A stretch of DNA of 64,000 nucleotides from an uncultured Candidatus Saccharibacteria bacterium (GCA_964552045.1 CAZKFF010000002.1:3855-67854), one strand, 5' to 3'; numbered from the stretch's first letter, positions 9,492 to 18,909 are shown. Numbers and translations: made by a program. Notes: generated by a model not told the origin, from the letters alone.

Positions 9492-10427
9492 ATGCTTTTG
9501 AGAAAAGGATTCGCATTGGCACTTCTGATAGTAGCTCTCTTCGGGGGCGGTTATTTCTATTACATCGCCCAGGCAGTGTGTCCGATCCCGCGTTCATATT
9601 CTATCGGAGAGCTTGATGACCGTTTTGATATTTCTCAAGAGGAGGCGCGCTTAGCGGTTGCCGAAGCAGAATCAGTCTGGGAAGATGCTACCGGCAGGAA
9701 CCTCTTTACATATGAGGAGCGCAATGGCGACCTCACTATCAATTTCAAGTTCGACCAACGGCAGGAGTTCGTCAATGCTGAAGGCGAGCTCAAGGAGAAG
9801 CTTGATGCAACGGAGAATATCAGCGATGCGATAGGGGAGACCTATGCGGCGCTTGTTGAGAAGTATAATGATCTCCGCATGACCTATGCGACACGCGTTG
9901 CAGAATATGAACAGCGGCTCAACCGGTACAATGCGGAGGTCGAGGACTACAATGACAAGGGCGGAGCGCCAGCTGATGTCTATGAAGCGCTTGAGCAGGA
10001 GAAGCGTCTGCTCAACCGCGAACAGTCCGACCTCAACGCTATGGCAGGCGACCTCAATGGGCTGGTATCTGAGATAAATGAGATCGGCGAAAAGGGAAAT
10101 AAGATCATCACGACATATAACACCGGCGTGAATGTCTACAACGAAACGTTCGGCGAAGCGCATGAGTTCACGCAGGGCGATTATGCGGATAATGTCATAA
10201 CCATCTATACATTCGAAGACACGGAAGAGCTGGAGCTCGTGCTTGCCCATGAGCTCGGGCATGCGCTTTCGCTCGATCACGTGGACGGAGAGCGCTCTGT
10301 CATGCACTATCTCATCGGAGAACAGCATGCGGCGCTCTCCGATGAGGACCTCGCTGAGTTCAACCGCGTATGCGGAAATCGCAGCTTGTGGGAGAGGCTG
10401 AAGTTAACATTAGCAATAAATACATAA
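9492..10427 (+). CDS. Membrane-anchored zinc metalloprotease (metzincin/matrixin-like)
   Basis: HELGHALSLDH (HExxHxxxxxH) zinc-binding motif; N-terminal TM helix and coiled-coil region; start at internal Met 9492 (9447 also possible). Confidence 0.7.
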   Translation: MLLRKGFALALLIVALFGGGYFYYIAQAVCPIPRSYSIGELDDRFDISQEEARLAVAEAESVWEDATGRNLFTYEERNGDLTINFKFDQRQEFVNAEGELKEKLDATENISDAIGETYAALVEKYNDLRMTYATRVAEYEQRLNRYNAEVEDYNDKGGAPADVYEALEQEKRLLNREQSDLNAMAGDLNGLVSEINEIGEKGNKIITTYNTGVNVYNETFGEAHEFTQGDYADNVITIYTFEDTEELELVLAHELGHALSLDHVDGERSVMHYLIGEQHAALSDEDLAEFNRVCGNRSLWERLKLTLAINT

Positions 10428-10430
10428 ACC

Positions 10431-11174
10431 ATGGCCATTACGATGTATGAAGGAAGCGCCTACGCGCTGCCGGTTCCGGATAAATCTGTTGATCTCATTG
10501 TCACTGACCCGCCGTTCTGGGGCGCAGATGGCAATTATTATGGCGGAGATCAGGCGCAGCAGCTTTCTTCAGGCAGGAATACAAGCAGGGAGGAATACTG
10601 GAAGAATCTGACAAAGGCCACCGTTGAGATGAACCGCGTCTTGAAAGACAACGGAAGCCTCATCATCCATATCGGACAGGGTGAGTATCCGCGGCTCAAT
10701 ACGCTTGAGTATGAACACATATTGTTCTGCACCAAAGAACTTGGCTTGTCGCTCACTTCAGAGATCTATTGGGATATCAGCCAGAACATGTACTCGTTTG
10801 AGCATCTGCATGGCGAGTACCAGGTATTTCGGCACTACACCAAAAATAAGGACTATATCCGCAATCAGTTTGAAATAACCAACCTCAATCCCGCAACGTG
10901 GAGGATTCCGTACCTTGAACGCGATCCGCGCCTGCTCAAGATCGGGGCGCTCGGGCACGGGTTCCCAATAGAGCTCGCCTCGCGCATGATCCGCTGCTTC
11001 ACCAAACAAGACAGCGTAATCCTCGATCCGTTTGCCGGGACCGGCACGGTCAATGTCGCTGCAAGCCTGCACGGCCGTGATTCGATCTATCTCGACTATT
11101 CATCGGTCCAGTACGCGCTTGCAAAAGAACGCTTCGGCCACTTCAAATGCGAGGTCACGGAGGGTAAAAAATAG
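10431..11174 (+). CDS. Beta-class (circularly permuted) DNA N4-C/N6-A methyltransferase, apparently an orphan
   Basis: Motif IV DPPF near the N-terminus and motif I FAGTGT near the C-terminus; 3-bp gap after the protease gene; no restriction endonuclease nearby. Confidence 0.75.
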   Translation: MAITMYEGSAYALPVPDKSVDLIVTDPPFWGADGNYYGGDQAQQLSSGRNTSREEYWKNLTKATVEMNRVLKDNGSLIIHIGQGEYPRLNTLEYEHILFCTKELGLSLTSEIYWDISQNMYSFEHLHGEYQVFRHYTKNKDYIRNQFEITNLNPATWRIPYLERDPRLLKIGALGHGFPIELASRMIRCFTKQDSVILDPFAGTGTVNVAASLHGRDSIYLDYSSVQYALAKERFGHFKCEVTEGKK

Positions 11175-11294
11175 CCGAGCTGTAAGAAACACGACCGTTA
11201 AACGTCTAGACAGAAGCAACTATTTATTTGCTTGGAGCGGAGCAGAGGCGGTAAAATATAACAGAGTCATTATTACCATTTAGTGAAACATTAC

Positions 11295-12086
11295 ATGGAA
11301 GGAAAATCATTTTGGGGGAAGGAATACGTACAGGTGCTCATGACCGTTGCGCTTGTTGGCGTCATTGTCGCGCTTGCAGCCTATGCGTACTACACGCTCA
11401 AACAGAGCGAAGGCGTCTACACCGGAGCTGCAGTGATCACCGTGCAGGGTGAAGGTGAGGTCAATGCACGGCCGGACATCGGAGAATTCTCATTCTCGGT
11501 CCTTGCTGAAGGGGCAACAGCAGCAGAGGCTCAGGAGAAATCCGCAACAGCATTGAATGCGGCGCTTGATTTCCTTAAGGAGTCAGGCGTGGAAGAGAAG
11601 GATTACAAGACTGCAAATTATTACCTCAATCCGAAATACCGGTATGAACCGACTGTCTGTACGGCAATGTACTGTCCTCCAAGCAATCCGGTTATCGACG
11701 GCTATGAGGTGAGCCAGACCGTGACCGTGAAAGTGCGCGATCTCGCCAAATCAGGCGACCTCATTTCAGGAGTGGGAGATACAGGCGCAACCAACATCAG
11801 CGGATTGTCATTCACCATTGATGACGAGAGCAGCCTCAAAGCGGAGGCGCGCGAGAAGGCTATCGCCGATGCAAAGGCAAAGGCAGACAAGCTTACCAAT
11901 GATCTCGGCGTCCGTATTGTCCGCATGACCGGATTCTGGGAGGATCAGGGCGGTTACTACCCGATGTATGACCGCGCATATGGAGGAGCTGATATGGCAA
12001 TGGAGAGTTCAGCGATGTCTCCAGAGATGCCTGTGGGCGAAAACACCATCCGCAGCACAGTGAGCATCACCTACGAGGTTAAATAA
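11295..12086 (+). CDS. SIMPL-domain (DUF541) periplasmic or membrane-anchored protein
   Basis: N-terminal TM helix plus SIMPL-like repeat core; start uncertain (GTG 11283, ATG 11295 or ATG 11340). Confidence 0.65.
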   Translation: MEGKSFWGKEYVQVLMTVALVGVIVALAAYAYYTLKQSEGVYTGAAVITVQGEGEVNARPDIGEFSFSVLAEGATAAEAQEKSATALNAALDFLKESGVEEKDYKTANYYLNPKYRYEPTVCTAMYCPPSNPVIDGYEVSQTVTVKVRDLAKSGDLISGVGDTGATNISGLSFTIDDESSLKAEAREKAIADAKAKADKLTNDLGVRIVRMTGFWEDQGGYYPMYDRAYGGADMAMESSAMSPEMPVGENTIRSTVSITYEVK

Positions 12087-12115
12087 GTCCGGGGGACTTA
12101 TTTAAAACCTTGACT

Positions 12116-12148
12116 GATATCTTTTGAGGCTCTGCCTCAAAAGATATC
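12116..12148. repeat. Perfect 15-bp inverted repeat (gatatcttttgaggc / gcctcaaaagatatc)
   Basis: Seen directly; no T-run, so it may be a protein-binding palindrome or RNA hairpin. Confidence 0.6.
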
Positions 12149-12203
12149 GACAAGGTGAACCACTCCTGTAAGGAGAAATAAGAAATAGGGCAGAAAATCA
12201 AGT

Positions 12204-12240
12204 AAAGCCCGGCGCTATAGCGCCGGGCTTTACTTTTTCC
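12204..12240 (+). terminator. Intrinsic terminator of the GCCCGGCGC-family palindrome
   Basis: aaagcccggcgc tata gcgccgggcttt followed by a T-run. Confidence 0.7.
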
Positions 12241-12311
12241 AGTGCGGTGGTATCCTGTATGAAATCGCCCGCAGAGGCGTTTTTATTTTGCACAATTAAC
12301 CATCGATCAGT

Positions 12312-12494
12312 ATGAGCAAACTCGGCAATTATCTCCGTGATACTGCAGCAGAAATGAAGCATGTGTCATGGCCAACCCAGATGCAAACCCTCACCTATAC
12401 GGCGCTCGTAATCGGCGTATCGGCGTTGGTCGCGCTGTTTTTGGGAGCGTTCGACTACCTGTTCACACAGGCGCTCGATCTTATTATCAGTTAA
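12312..12494 (+). CDS. secE: Preprotein translocase subunit SecE
   Basis: 60 aa, single C-terminal TM helix, immediately upstream of nusG (conserved secE-nusG-rplK order). Confidence 0.8.
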   Translation: MSKLGNYLRDTAAEMKHVSWPTQMQTLTYTALVIGVSALVALFLGAFDYLFTQALDLIIS

Positions 12495-12506
12495 TACAAC
12501 CATACT

Positions 12507-13052
12507 ATGGCAAAACAACAGACAGACGGCGAACGGCACTGGTACGCGATCCACACCTACTCCGGATACGAGAATGCAGTTGCACGAAACCTCAAGCAGC
12601 GTATTGAATCGCTCGGTATGGAGACGCAGATATTCGATGTCGTCGTCCCGACCGAAAAGAAGATCCGTGTGAAGGGAGGAAAGCGCATCACTGAAGAAGA
12701 GCGTATCTATCCGGGTTATGTTCTGGTTGACATGATCGTCAATGATGAATCCTGGTACATTGTGCGCAATACTCCTCGGGTGACCGGTTTTGTCGGAAGC
12801 GGTACCCAGCCGGTTCCGCTCTCTGAGGCGGAATATCAGGCGCTCATGAGCCGCATGAGCGACGGCAGCGTCAAGCATAAAGTTGACCTCGTTCCCGATG
12901 ATATGGTCATCATCACTGACGGCCCGTTCAAAGAACTCGAGGGCAAAGTAGGCGAAGTGGATGAGCACAGCGGACGAGTGAAGGTGCTTGTGTCCATGTT
13001 CGGACGCGAGACCCCGGTTGAACTCGATTTCTTGCAGGTGAAGAAGATATAA
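12507..13052 (+). CDS. nusG: Transcription termination/antitermination factor NusG
   Basis: NGN domain (WYAIHTYSGYE) and C-terminal KOW motif. Confidence 0.95.
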   Translation: MAKQQTDGERHWYAIHTYSGYENAVARNLKQRIESLGMETQIFDVVVPTEKKIRVKGGKRITEEERIYPGYVLVDMIVNDESWYIVRNTPRVTGFVGSGTQPVPLSEAEYQALMSRMSDGSVKHKVDLVPDDMVIITDGPFKELEGKVGEVDEHSGRVKVLVSMFGRETPVELDFLQVKKI

Positions 13053-13150
13053 GTTGCAAAGTAGAGCGTAATTCTGTACGATAGCTCCGCTTCTAAGGCA
13101 CACAAAAACCGGCTATGGAACGGTACGTGCCGAACACATAACATACAAAT

Positions 13151-13576
13151 ATGGCAAAAAAAGTATTAAAGAAGATCAAAGTGCAGGCTGTTGGAGGCCG
13201 CGCAACACCAGCTCCCCCTTTGGGCCCGGTCTTGGGACAGGCTGGGATCAACATTGGTGAGTTCGTGAATCAGTTCAACGAACAGACCCGCGAGACCCGC
13301 ATGGGTGAAGTGGTGCCGGTTGAGCTCACAGTCTATGATGACCGAACGTTCACATTCGTGCTCAAAACCTCGCCGGCGTCCCGACTCATCCTTAAGGCGA
13401 TCGGCAAGGAGAAGGGTTCAGGGAAGAACCTTGTATCAAAAGCGGGTGAAATTACACAAGCTCAGATCAAGGAGATCGCCGAGATCAAAATGGCCGACCT
13501 CAATGCAGCTTCTCTTGAAGCAGCAATGCGTATCATTGAAGGCACATGCCGGAGCATGGGCGTTACAGTGAAATAA
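13151..13576 (+). CDS. rplK: 50S ribosomal protein L11
   Basis: 141 aa; conserved [14 protein letters not shown] motif. Confidence 0.95.
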   Translation: MAKKVLKKIKVQAVGGRATPAPPLGPVLGQAGINIGEFVNQFNEQTRETRMGEVVPVELTVYDDRTFTFVLKTSPASRLILKAIGKEKGSGKNLVSKAGEITQAQIKEIAEIKMADLNAASLEAAMRIIEGTCRSMGVTVK

Positions 13577-13721
13577 ATTCTCCAAAAGGTATACAGTTCC
13601 TGTAAGGATAACTGTGAAAAAATAAACTGTCACGAACCTTGCTTGGTATTTTCTGGCAACGAAAATATCGAGGTGTACTGAAACGGTAAATGTTTACGGT
13701 TGAAAGATGATCAGTGCATAC

Positions 13722-13756
13722 AAAAAGCCCGGCGCCTTTGGCGCCGGGCTTTTTGT
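13722..13756 (+). terminator. Intrinsic terminator (aaaaagcccggcgcc tttg gcgccgggcttttt)
   Basis: Perfect 13-bp stem followed by a T-run; an inverse copy occurs at 39178. Confidence 0.8.
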
Positions 13757-13776
13757 ATGCTACGCTTTCTCTCGCT

Positions 13777-14487
13777 ATGGAACTCATTCCCGTTAAAACA
13801 CGAGTGCTTGTGCCGCCGCAGGACGACCTTTTTGCTGTTTTGGACGAATCACTCCCGTCTATACTCGAGGGTGACATTATCTGTATCAGTTCAAAGGTAG
13901 TTGCAATCCATCAGGGACGATGCGTGAGCATGGAAGGCGTCGATAAATTTGAGCTTATGCGGAAAGAGGCGGAGCTTGTGATTGAGCGTGACTACCAGAA
14001 AACGCCGCTTATCGTAAAACAGGCGACGTTCATCGGTTCGGCAGGCATTGATGAAAGCAATGCCAATGGATACTACATTCTCATGCCGGGAGACATGTTC
14101 GCTTTTGCAAAGGAAGTCCGCGAGTATCTACGCAAAAAATATAGGATCAAAAATATCGGCGTTGTCATCACTGACAGCCGATCGCTTCCCATGCGGTATG
14201 GTGCGACAGGAGTTGCCCTTGCATTCTGGGGTTTTAAACCGCTCATTGATCATCGCGGAGAAAAAGATCTGTTTGGAAGAGAAATCCAACTTGAACGCTC
14301 GAATCTTGTTGACGGAATTGCTGCGGGAGCAAATGTGGTTATGGGAGAAGTTGCAGAAGGAACACCTATAGTTATCGCACGTAGCGTACCAGAGGTTACT
14401 TTTACCGAAGCAAGTTCGAAAGAAGAACTATTCACTGGTTTTGAGCACGATATTTTCCGCGTGCTCTATGAACGCTTCCTCATATAA
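13777..14487 (+). CDS. F420-0:gamma-glutamyl ligase (CofE)-like family protein
   Basis: Start at internal ATG 13777 (upstream codons overlap the terminator); CofE-like core features; occupies the position where rplA would normally follow rplK. Confidence 0.6.
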   Translation: MELIPVKTRVLVPPQDDLFAVLDESLPSILEGDIICISSKVVAIHQGRCVSMEGVDKFELMRKEAELVIERDYQKTPLIVKQATFIGSAGIDESNANGYYILMPGDMFAFAKEVREYLRKKYRIKNIGVVITDSRSLPMRYGATGVALAFWGFKPLIDHRGEKDLFGREIQLERSNLVDGIAAGANVVMGEVAEGTPIVIARSVPEVTFTEASSKEELFTGFEHDIFRVLYERFLI

Positions 14488-14981
14488 TCAACCCACTGAT
14501 AGGAGAGACCGTTGTGGTCTCTTTTTTCGTGTTCAGCTGTTGGTGCAAAGTCATCCTCAAAATCAGGGAAGAATGTATCGGCATCTGGCTCGTCGTCGAC
14601 GAGCGTGAGATAGAGTCTGTCAACAAGCGGAAGCGCCTGTTTGTATATTTCATAGCCGCCGCCGATATGTATCTCCTCCTGATCAAGTTCCTGTGCTTTT
14701 TGGAGACCTTCTTCAAGTGAGGAAACCACGACCACACCGTCGTACGTGTACACAGGATTGCGGGTTATGACGATATTCGGCCGTCCCGGCAGTGGCGTAC
14801 CCAGGATCGCCACGATCGACTCAAAGGTCTTGCGCCCCATGACCACCGGGTGGTGGGCGGTGAGTTCCTTGAAACGGCGCATATCGTCAGGAATATGCCA
14901 CAAGAGACCGTTTTCACGGCCAATGGCATGTCTTTTTCTGCTGAGTGCAGCGACGATAACGATGCGGGCTTTGTCTGCCAT
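14466..14981 (-). CDS. folA: Dihydrofolate reductase
   Basis: IVAALSRKRHAIGRENGLLWHIPDDMRRFKELT and VVMGRKTFESI motifs; start at MADKARIVIV. Confidence 0.85.
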   Translation of the reverse strand: MADKARIVIVAALSRKRHAIGRENGLLWHIPDDMRRFKELTAHHPVVMGRKTFESIVAILGTPLPGRPNIVITRNPVYTYDGVVVVSSLEEGLQKAQELDQEEIHIGGGYEIYKQALPLVDRLYLTLVDDEPDADTFFPDFEDDFAPTAEHEKRDHNGLSYQWVDYMRKRS

Positions 14982-15007
14982 ACTGCATTGCAGTATACTA
15001 TATTCCA

Positions 15008-15580
15008 ATGAATCCTGACCTCCTTTCAGACGATCGCTACTTTGAGGATTTCGCTGCGCTTCAGGGGCATCTCTCGCGGCTGAAAGAAGCAGGTAAGAAA
15101 GTCGTGCTCACCCAGGGGGTGTATGACATGCTCCATATCGGTCATGCGCAGTATCTGCAAAAAGCGAAAGCGTTCGGCGATGTGCTGGTGGTCGGCGTTG
15201 ACTCTGACGCGCTCACGCGCAAACGCAAAGGCGAGGGGCGGCCTGTAGTCCCGCAGGAAGAACGCATCAAGATGCTCCTTCATCTGCGCCATGTGGATGT
15301 TGTGGTGCTCCGCGATGTCGATAAGGAACTTGAGGCGCTCATTATGACCATAAAGCCCGATGTCTATATCGCATCTGAATCAACCAAGGACTTCACCGTT
15401 GATGACGCGCTTGCATCGCACTGCGGGGAAGTACACGTGCTGCCACCCCAGGCGACCACCTCGACAACTGCGCGGGTGCGACAGGTAAGCATGCTCGGCG
15501 CAGACCAGCTTGCGCAGGAGCTTGCGCAGCAGATACCGGAGATAGTGCGTACGGCGCTTAACAAGATCAAGTCGAGTTAG
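15008..15580 (+). CDS. Cytidylyl/adenylyltransferase-like nucleotidyltransferase (HxGH family)
   Basis: GVYDMLHIGHAQYL HxGH motif of the Rossmann-like nucleotidyltransferase superfamily (RfaE domain II / TagD-like). Confidence 0.65.
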   Translation: MNPDLLSDDRYFEDFAALQGHLSRLKEAGKKVVLTQGVYDMLHIGHAQYLQKAKAFGDVLVVGVDSDALTRKRKGEGRPVVPQEERIKMLLHLRHVDVVVLRDVDKELEALIMTIKPDVYIASESTKDFTVDDALASHCGEVHVLPPQATTSTTARVRQVSMLGADQLAQELAQQIPEIVRTALNKIKSS

Positions 15581-15582
15581 CT

Positions 15583-16413
15583 ATGCAGGCTATTTTTGCA
15601 TACATTCCCGTGGTACATACAGGCACGCTTTCCTTTTTGCATGCGTATGAGAGGCTGCCACTTGTTCTATTAGACAACGAGGAAGGGAAAAAAGAGAACC
15701 CGTACCTTGAGCGGGATGTCCGTGCGCTTGCTGCAAGCGACATACAGAAAGAGCTGCTCGCCCATGGCTTTGCGGAGGTGACCGTGGCCGCGCCGCGGGA
15801 GCTTCCAGAGAAGCTCGGCGCCTATGATTCCCTTATCGTGCCCTACGATGAGATCGTGGATTTTTTCCTTGAAAAGTATGTGCCGCATATACCTGTACAG
15901 AAGGTCAACTTTTTTTTGCGCTGGACCAAGCAGATATCGGCAACCGAACAGATCATACCGGAAGACCGCGTCATGACGCAGGGCGCATTCGAGAATGACG
16001 TCCTTGCGCGCCTTGAGGAGATAGCAGAACGCAGCCCTGACTGGTGGCGGCAGATCGCCGCGGCCATAGTCAAAGACAACAAGATCGTAGCAACTGCGTA
16101 CAATGCGCACTATCCTTCACCGCACGCTCTTACCATCAACGGCGATCCGCGGTCAAACTTTGACGCAGGGCAGGGAGCGGGCATCTACACATCCATCCAT
16201 GCGGAGGCTTCTGCGCTCGCGCAGGCGGCACGGAAGGGAATTGCTGTTGACGGTGCTGATGTCTACGTGACGACGTTCCCGTGTCCGACCTGCGCGCGAT
16301 CGCTCGTTGAGGCGGGGGTCAAACGCGTCTTCTACAAAAAAGGATATTCGCTTCTGGACGCTGAGGAGATTCTCAAAGGATCTGGTATTGAAATTATTCT
16401 GGTGAAAGATTAG
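15583..16413 (+). CDS. dCMP/cytidine deaminase-family protein with ~130-aa N-terminal extension
   Basis: C-terminal HAEASA ... PCPTCA zinc-binding deaminase motifs; N-terminal region has no recognisable family. Confidence 0.7.
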   Translation: MQAIFAYIPVVHTGTLSFLHAYERLPLVLLDNEEGKKENPYLERDVRALAASDIQKELLAHGFAEVTVAAPRELPEKLGAYDSLIVPYDEIVDFFLEKYVPHIPVQKVNFFLRWTKQISATEQIIPEDRVMTQGAFENDVLARLEEIAERSPDWWRQIAAAIVKDNKIVATAYNAHYPSPHALTINGDPRSNFDAGQGAGIYTSIHAEASALAQAARKGIAVDGADVYVTTFPCPTCARSLVEAGVKRVFYKKGYSLLDAEEILKGSGIEIILVKD

Positions 16414-16826
16414 CCCACGCGGACGATAACCGGCTTGTCTTTCACATTCCCCACAATAAACTGGGCATGGAGGTGTAACACGGTACCTCCTGTTTTTTCC
16501 ATATCGCCTGAGCGCATCAGAAAGGTGCCACTTTCAATCGCATACTCTTTGGTAATCCACGCAATGTGCTCTTGCAGTTCCGCCCACGACTCCGGAGCAA
16601 TGTCTTTGGTGTTTGTGATGTGTTTATTTGTCACGAAGAGAAAATGATGCGTCGTGTTGTCATATGGATACATATTTGGCGTAACGTACCAGTGTTCGCC
16701 GGTTTTTAAAATAGGAGGGGTATGATACTTCTTCATGTGCTCGGGGCAGAACGGACAGAAGCCTTCAGCCTCGATCTTTTTCATATTTTCGATCTGAAGT
16801 GCAGTCCGTGCATTGTCTATATTCAT
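16410..16826 (-). CDS. HIT-superfamily protein, GalT branch (HxHxQ), with CxxC zinc motif
   Basis: VLHLHAQFIV histidine-triad variant and CPFCPEH; start at MNIDNAR after an AGGAA SD (16844 or 16895 also possible). Confidence 0.65.
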   Translation of the reverse strand: MNIDNARTALQIENMKKIEAEGFCPFCPEHMKKYHTPPILKTGEHWYVTPNMYPYDNTTHHFLFVTNKHITNTKDIAPESWAELQEHIAWITKEYAIESGTFLMRSGDMEKTGGTVLHLHAQFIVGNVKDKPVIVRVG

Positions 16827-16854
16827 CAAAGGTTCCTGTGACATATGTAAAAGA

Positions 16855-17754
16855 TTAGACGGGTGTTGGAATAAGCATTTTCGGATGCGGTTCATAATCG
16901 TCGCCGAGTATGAAGTGCTCAGGGCGGAAGTCAGTTATATTCTCTATTGCGTCAGCCTCCGGTGAGAGCATCATGGTAGGGAAACGTCGCGGCTCGCGTT
17001 CCAAGAGTTCGCGCACTTTATCGAACTGACTTTCGTAGATATGGGTGTCCGATGTGGTGTGCACGTATTCGACCATCTCGTAGCCGATGAGTTTGCCGAC
17101 CATCATGCCAAATGCGGCATACTGCACCATATTGAATGCGAGTCCGACCGGAGCGTCCGCGCTCCGCTGGAAGTGATGGATGGCGAGCTCCTTCGTTTCG
17201 GGGTAGCACAGCACGTGTATCCAACCGTGGCAGGGAGCGACGACCACTTTCCGTGTACGTCCTTCGTACTGCACCACGTACTGCGGAATCCACGGCGTAA
17301 TAAGATGTGTGCGCAGGTACGGGCGCTCTTTGATCTGCTTCATGAAATGCTCGATCTGGTTGAAGTCACCCTCATCCTTGGTCGGGAAGTGCGTCCATGC
17401 TGCGCCGTAGGAACCGTCGCCTAAGTCGCCTTCAGGGAGATTGAAGATCGCCGTACGTTCTTTACTGACCCAGCGGTCCCAGAACTTGCAGCCGAACGCT
17501 TCGAGCTGTTCCTGGGTGCGCGCACCGTTGAGAAAGGCAATGTGTTCGCCCAATGCTGCGCGCAGGAATGGTCCTGACATATCGCGCTCAGTGATAAGCG
17601 GAAATCCGTTGCGCATATCAAACCGCATCTGGTGCCCAAGGACCATGCGTGTTGTCTCTCCCTGGATGGGATGTACGTCCCGTCCGGTCTCAAGGATGCG
17701 CCGCAAAAGGTCGCGGTACTGGGTGTCTGGCGTGCGTTCTGTGTATGGCTTCAT
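16855..17754 (-). CDS. thyA: Thymidylate synthase (folate-dependent)
   Basis: Catalytic APCH Cys, QRSAD dUMP-binding motif, Asn specificity residue (GLAFNMVQY), DTHIY. Confidence 0.95.
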   Translation of the reverse strand: MKPYTERTPDTQYRDLLRRILETGRDVHPIQGETTRMVLGHQMRFDMRNGFPLITERDMSGPFLRAALGEHIAFLNGARTQEQLEAFGCKFWDRWVSKERTAIFNLPEGDLGDGSYGAAWTHFPTKDEGDFNQIEHFMKQIKERPYLRTHLITPWIPQYVVQYEGRTRKVVVAPCHGWIHVLCYPETKELAIHHFQRSADAPVGLAFNMVQYAAFGMMVGKLIGYEMVEYVHTTSDTHIYESQFDKVRELLEREPRRFPTMMLSPEADAIENITDFRPEHFILGDDYEPHPKMLIPTPV

Positions 17755-17828
17755 AGGATGCGCTTAGACAAATAATACCTATGATATCGCAGCTTGTTTT
17801 GGTCTCCTAGGCTCTGGGATATTAGACA

Positions 17829-17858
17829 ACAAAAACGGGCGGACCGTAGGTCCGCCCC
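17829..17858 (-). terminator. Intrinsic terminator for the minus-strand HIT gene
   Basis: gggcggacc gtag gtccgccc hairpin with the T-run on the minus strand. Confidence 0.7.
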
Positions 17859-17862
17859 GTGC

Positions 17863-18381
17863 TTATGCCCGTTCTCCTGCATTGTAACGCGCCTCGAATT
17901 CCAAAGCGCGTGCCACGTCCTTTTCACGCTCCTCCTTGCTCTTGAAGACGGGGATGGACAGCGGCCCTGTGCCGCTCGGTACCCAGAGGTTCCAGTGAAG
18001 GTGCAGCATCGTACCGGCATTCAGGCGCATGTCGCCGAACCGGGCGAAGAGCATGCCTCCCGGCAGGTTGAAATGCGCTTCTGCGTACGCGATCATCTCA
18101 GCGAAGGAGGCCCAGGCTTGCGGCGTGACGTCGCTCAGCTTCCGCCAATGCTTTCTCGAGATGATGACAAGCATCACCTCGCACGGACGGGTGTTCTTAA
18201 AGGCGTTCTCGAACATGATCCAGTCCGCGTTCTCGTGGAGGACTGTGTTGATGCTGTGGTCCAAGCCACAGAAGCCGCAGTAGCCATCCTCGAATGTCTT
18301 GCGCAGTTGGCAATAGTACGCGAAGTCGTACGGCAGAGTGGTACAGAACCGCTCTTCCTCGGTCAGCACTTTTTGCGGCAT
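17863..18381 (-). CDS. Second HIT-like protein (HxHxN variant) with CGFCGLDH zinc motif
   Basis: TMLHLHWNLWV triad variant; paralogue of the 16410-16826 protein, on the other side of thyA. Confidence 0.6.
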   Translation of the reverse strand: MPQKVLTEEERFCTTLPYDFAYYCQLRKTFEDGYCGFCGLDHSINTVLHENADWIMFENAFKNTRPCEVMLVIISRKHWRKLSDVTPQAWASFAEMIAYAEAHFNLPGGMLFARFGDMRLNAGTMLHLHWNLWVPSGTGPLSIPVFKSKEEREKDVARALEFEARYNAGERA

Positions 18382-18486
18382 GTTCGTCTCCCGGTATCCG
18401 CTGAATTTCCAGGCGCTACTACACCATATTTACAGAGATATTTCAAGCATTTGCCGGACTGCCCTTGGTGCTACACTGAAAAGGTT

Positions 18487-18909
18487 ATGGAACTTCCCGT
18501 GCAAAAACTCCATCCGGACGCGAAATTGCCTACATTTGCACACAACACTGATGCAGGTATGGACCTGTATTGCATTGAGGAGATCACGCTTTTGCCCGGA
18601 GAACGCGGTCAGGTGAAGACCGGTATTGCCATCAGCGTGCCCGAGGGCTATGTGGGACTGATCTGGGACAAGAGCGGTATTTCGCATGTGCGGGGACTGA
18701 AGACGCTCGGCGGGGTCATTGACCACGGCTACACGGGAGAAGTGTTTGTCGGGATATACAATACAGGAAATGCTCTGCAGACATTTGGGGTCGGCGACAA
18801 GGTCGCTCAGATACTCATTCAGAAATATGAGCATCCAGCGATAGTGGAAGTATCGTCGCTTACCGCCTCAGAGCGCGGAGCGAAGGGTATTGGAAGCACA
18901 GGAAAATAA
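18487..18909 (+). CDS. dut: dUTP diphosphatase
   Basis: 140 aa with conserved dUTPase motifs (AGMDL, GLIWDKSG, IDHGYTGE); upstream part of the long ORF is not coding. Confidence 0.9.
   Translation: MELPVQKLHPDAKLPTFAHNTDAGMDLYCIEEITLLPGERGQVKTGIAISVPEGYVGLIWDKSGISHVRGLKTLGGVIDHGYTGEVFVGIYNTGNALQTFGVGDKVAQILIQKYEHPAIVEVSSLTASERGAKGIGSTGK

Noticed and set aside
17794-18486. 371-aa ORF extending the dut gene upstream
   Set aside because: The upstream 230 codons are antisense to the HIT-2 gene and lack dUTPase homology; the canonical 140-aa dUTPase begins at ATG 18487
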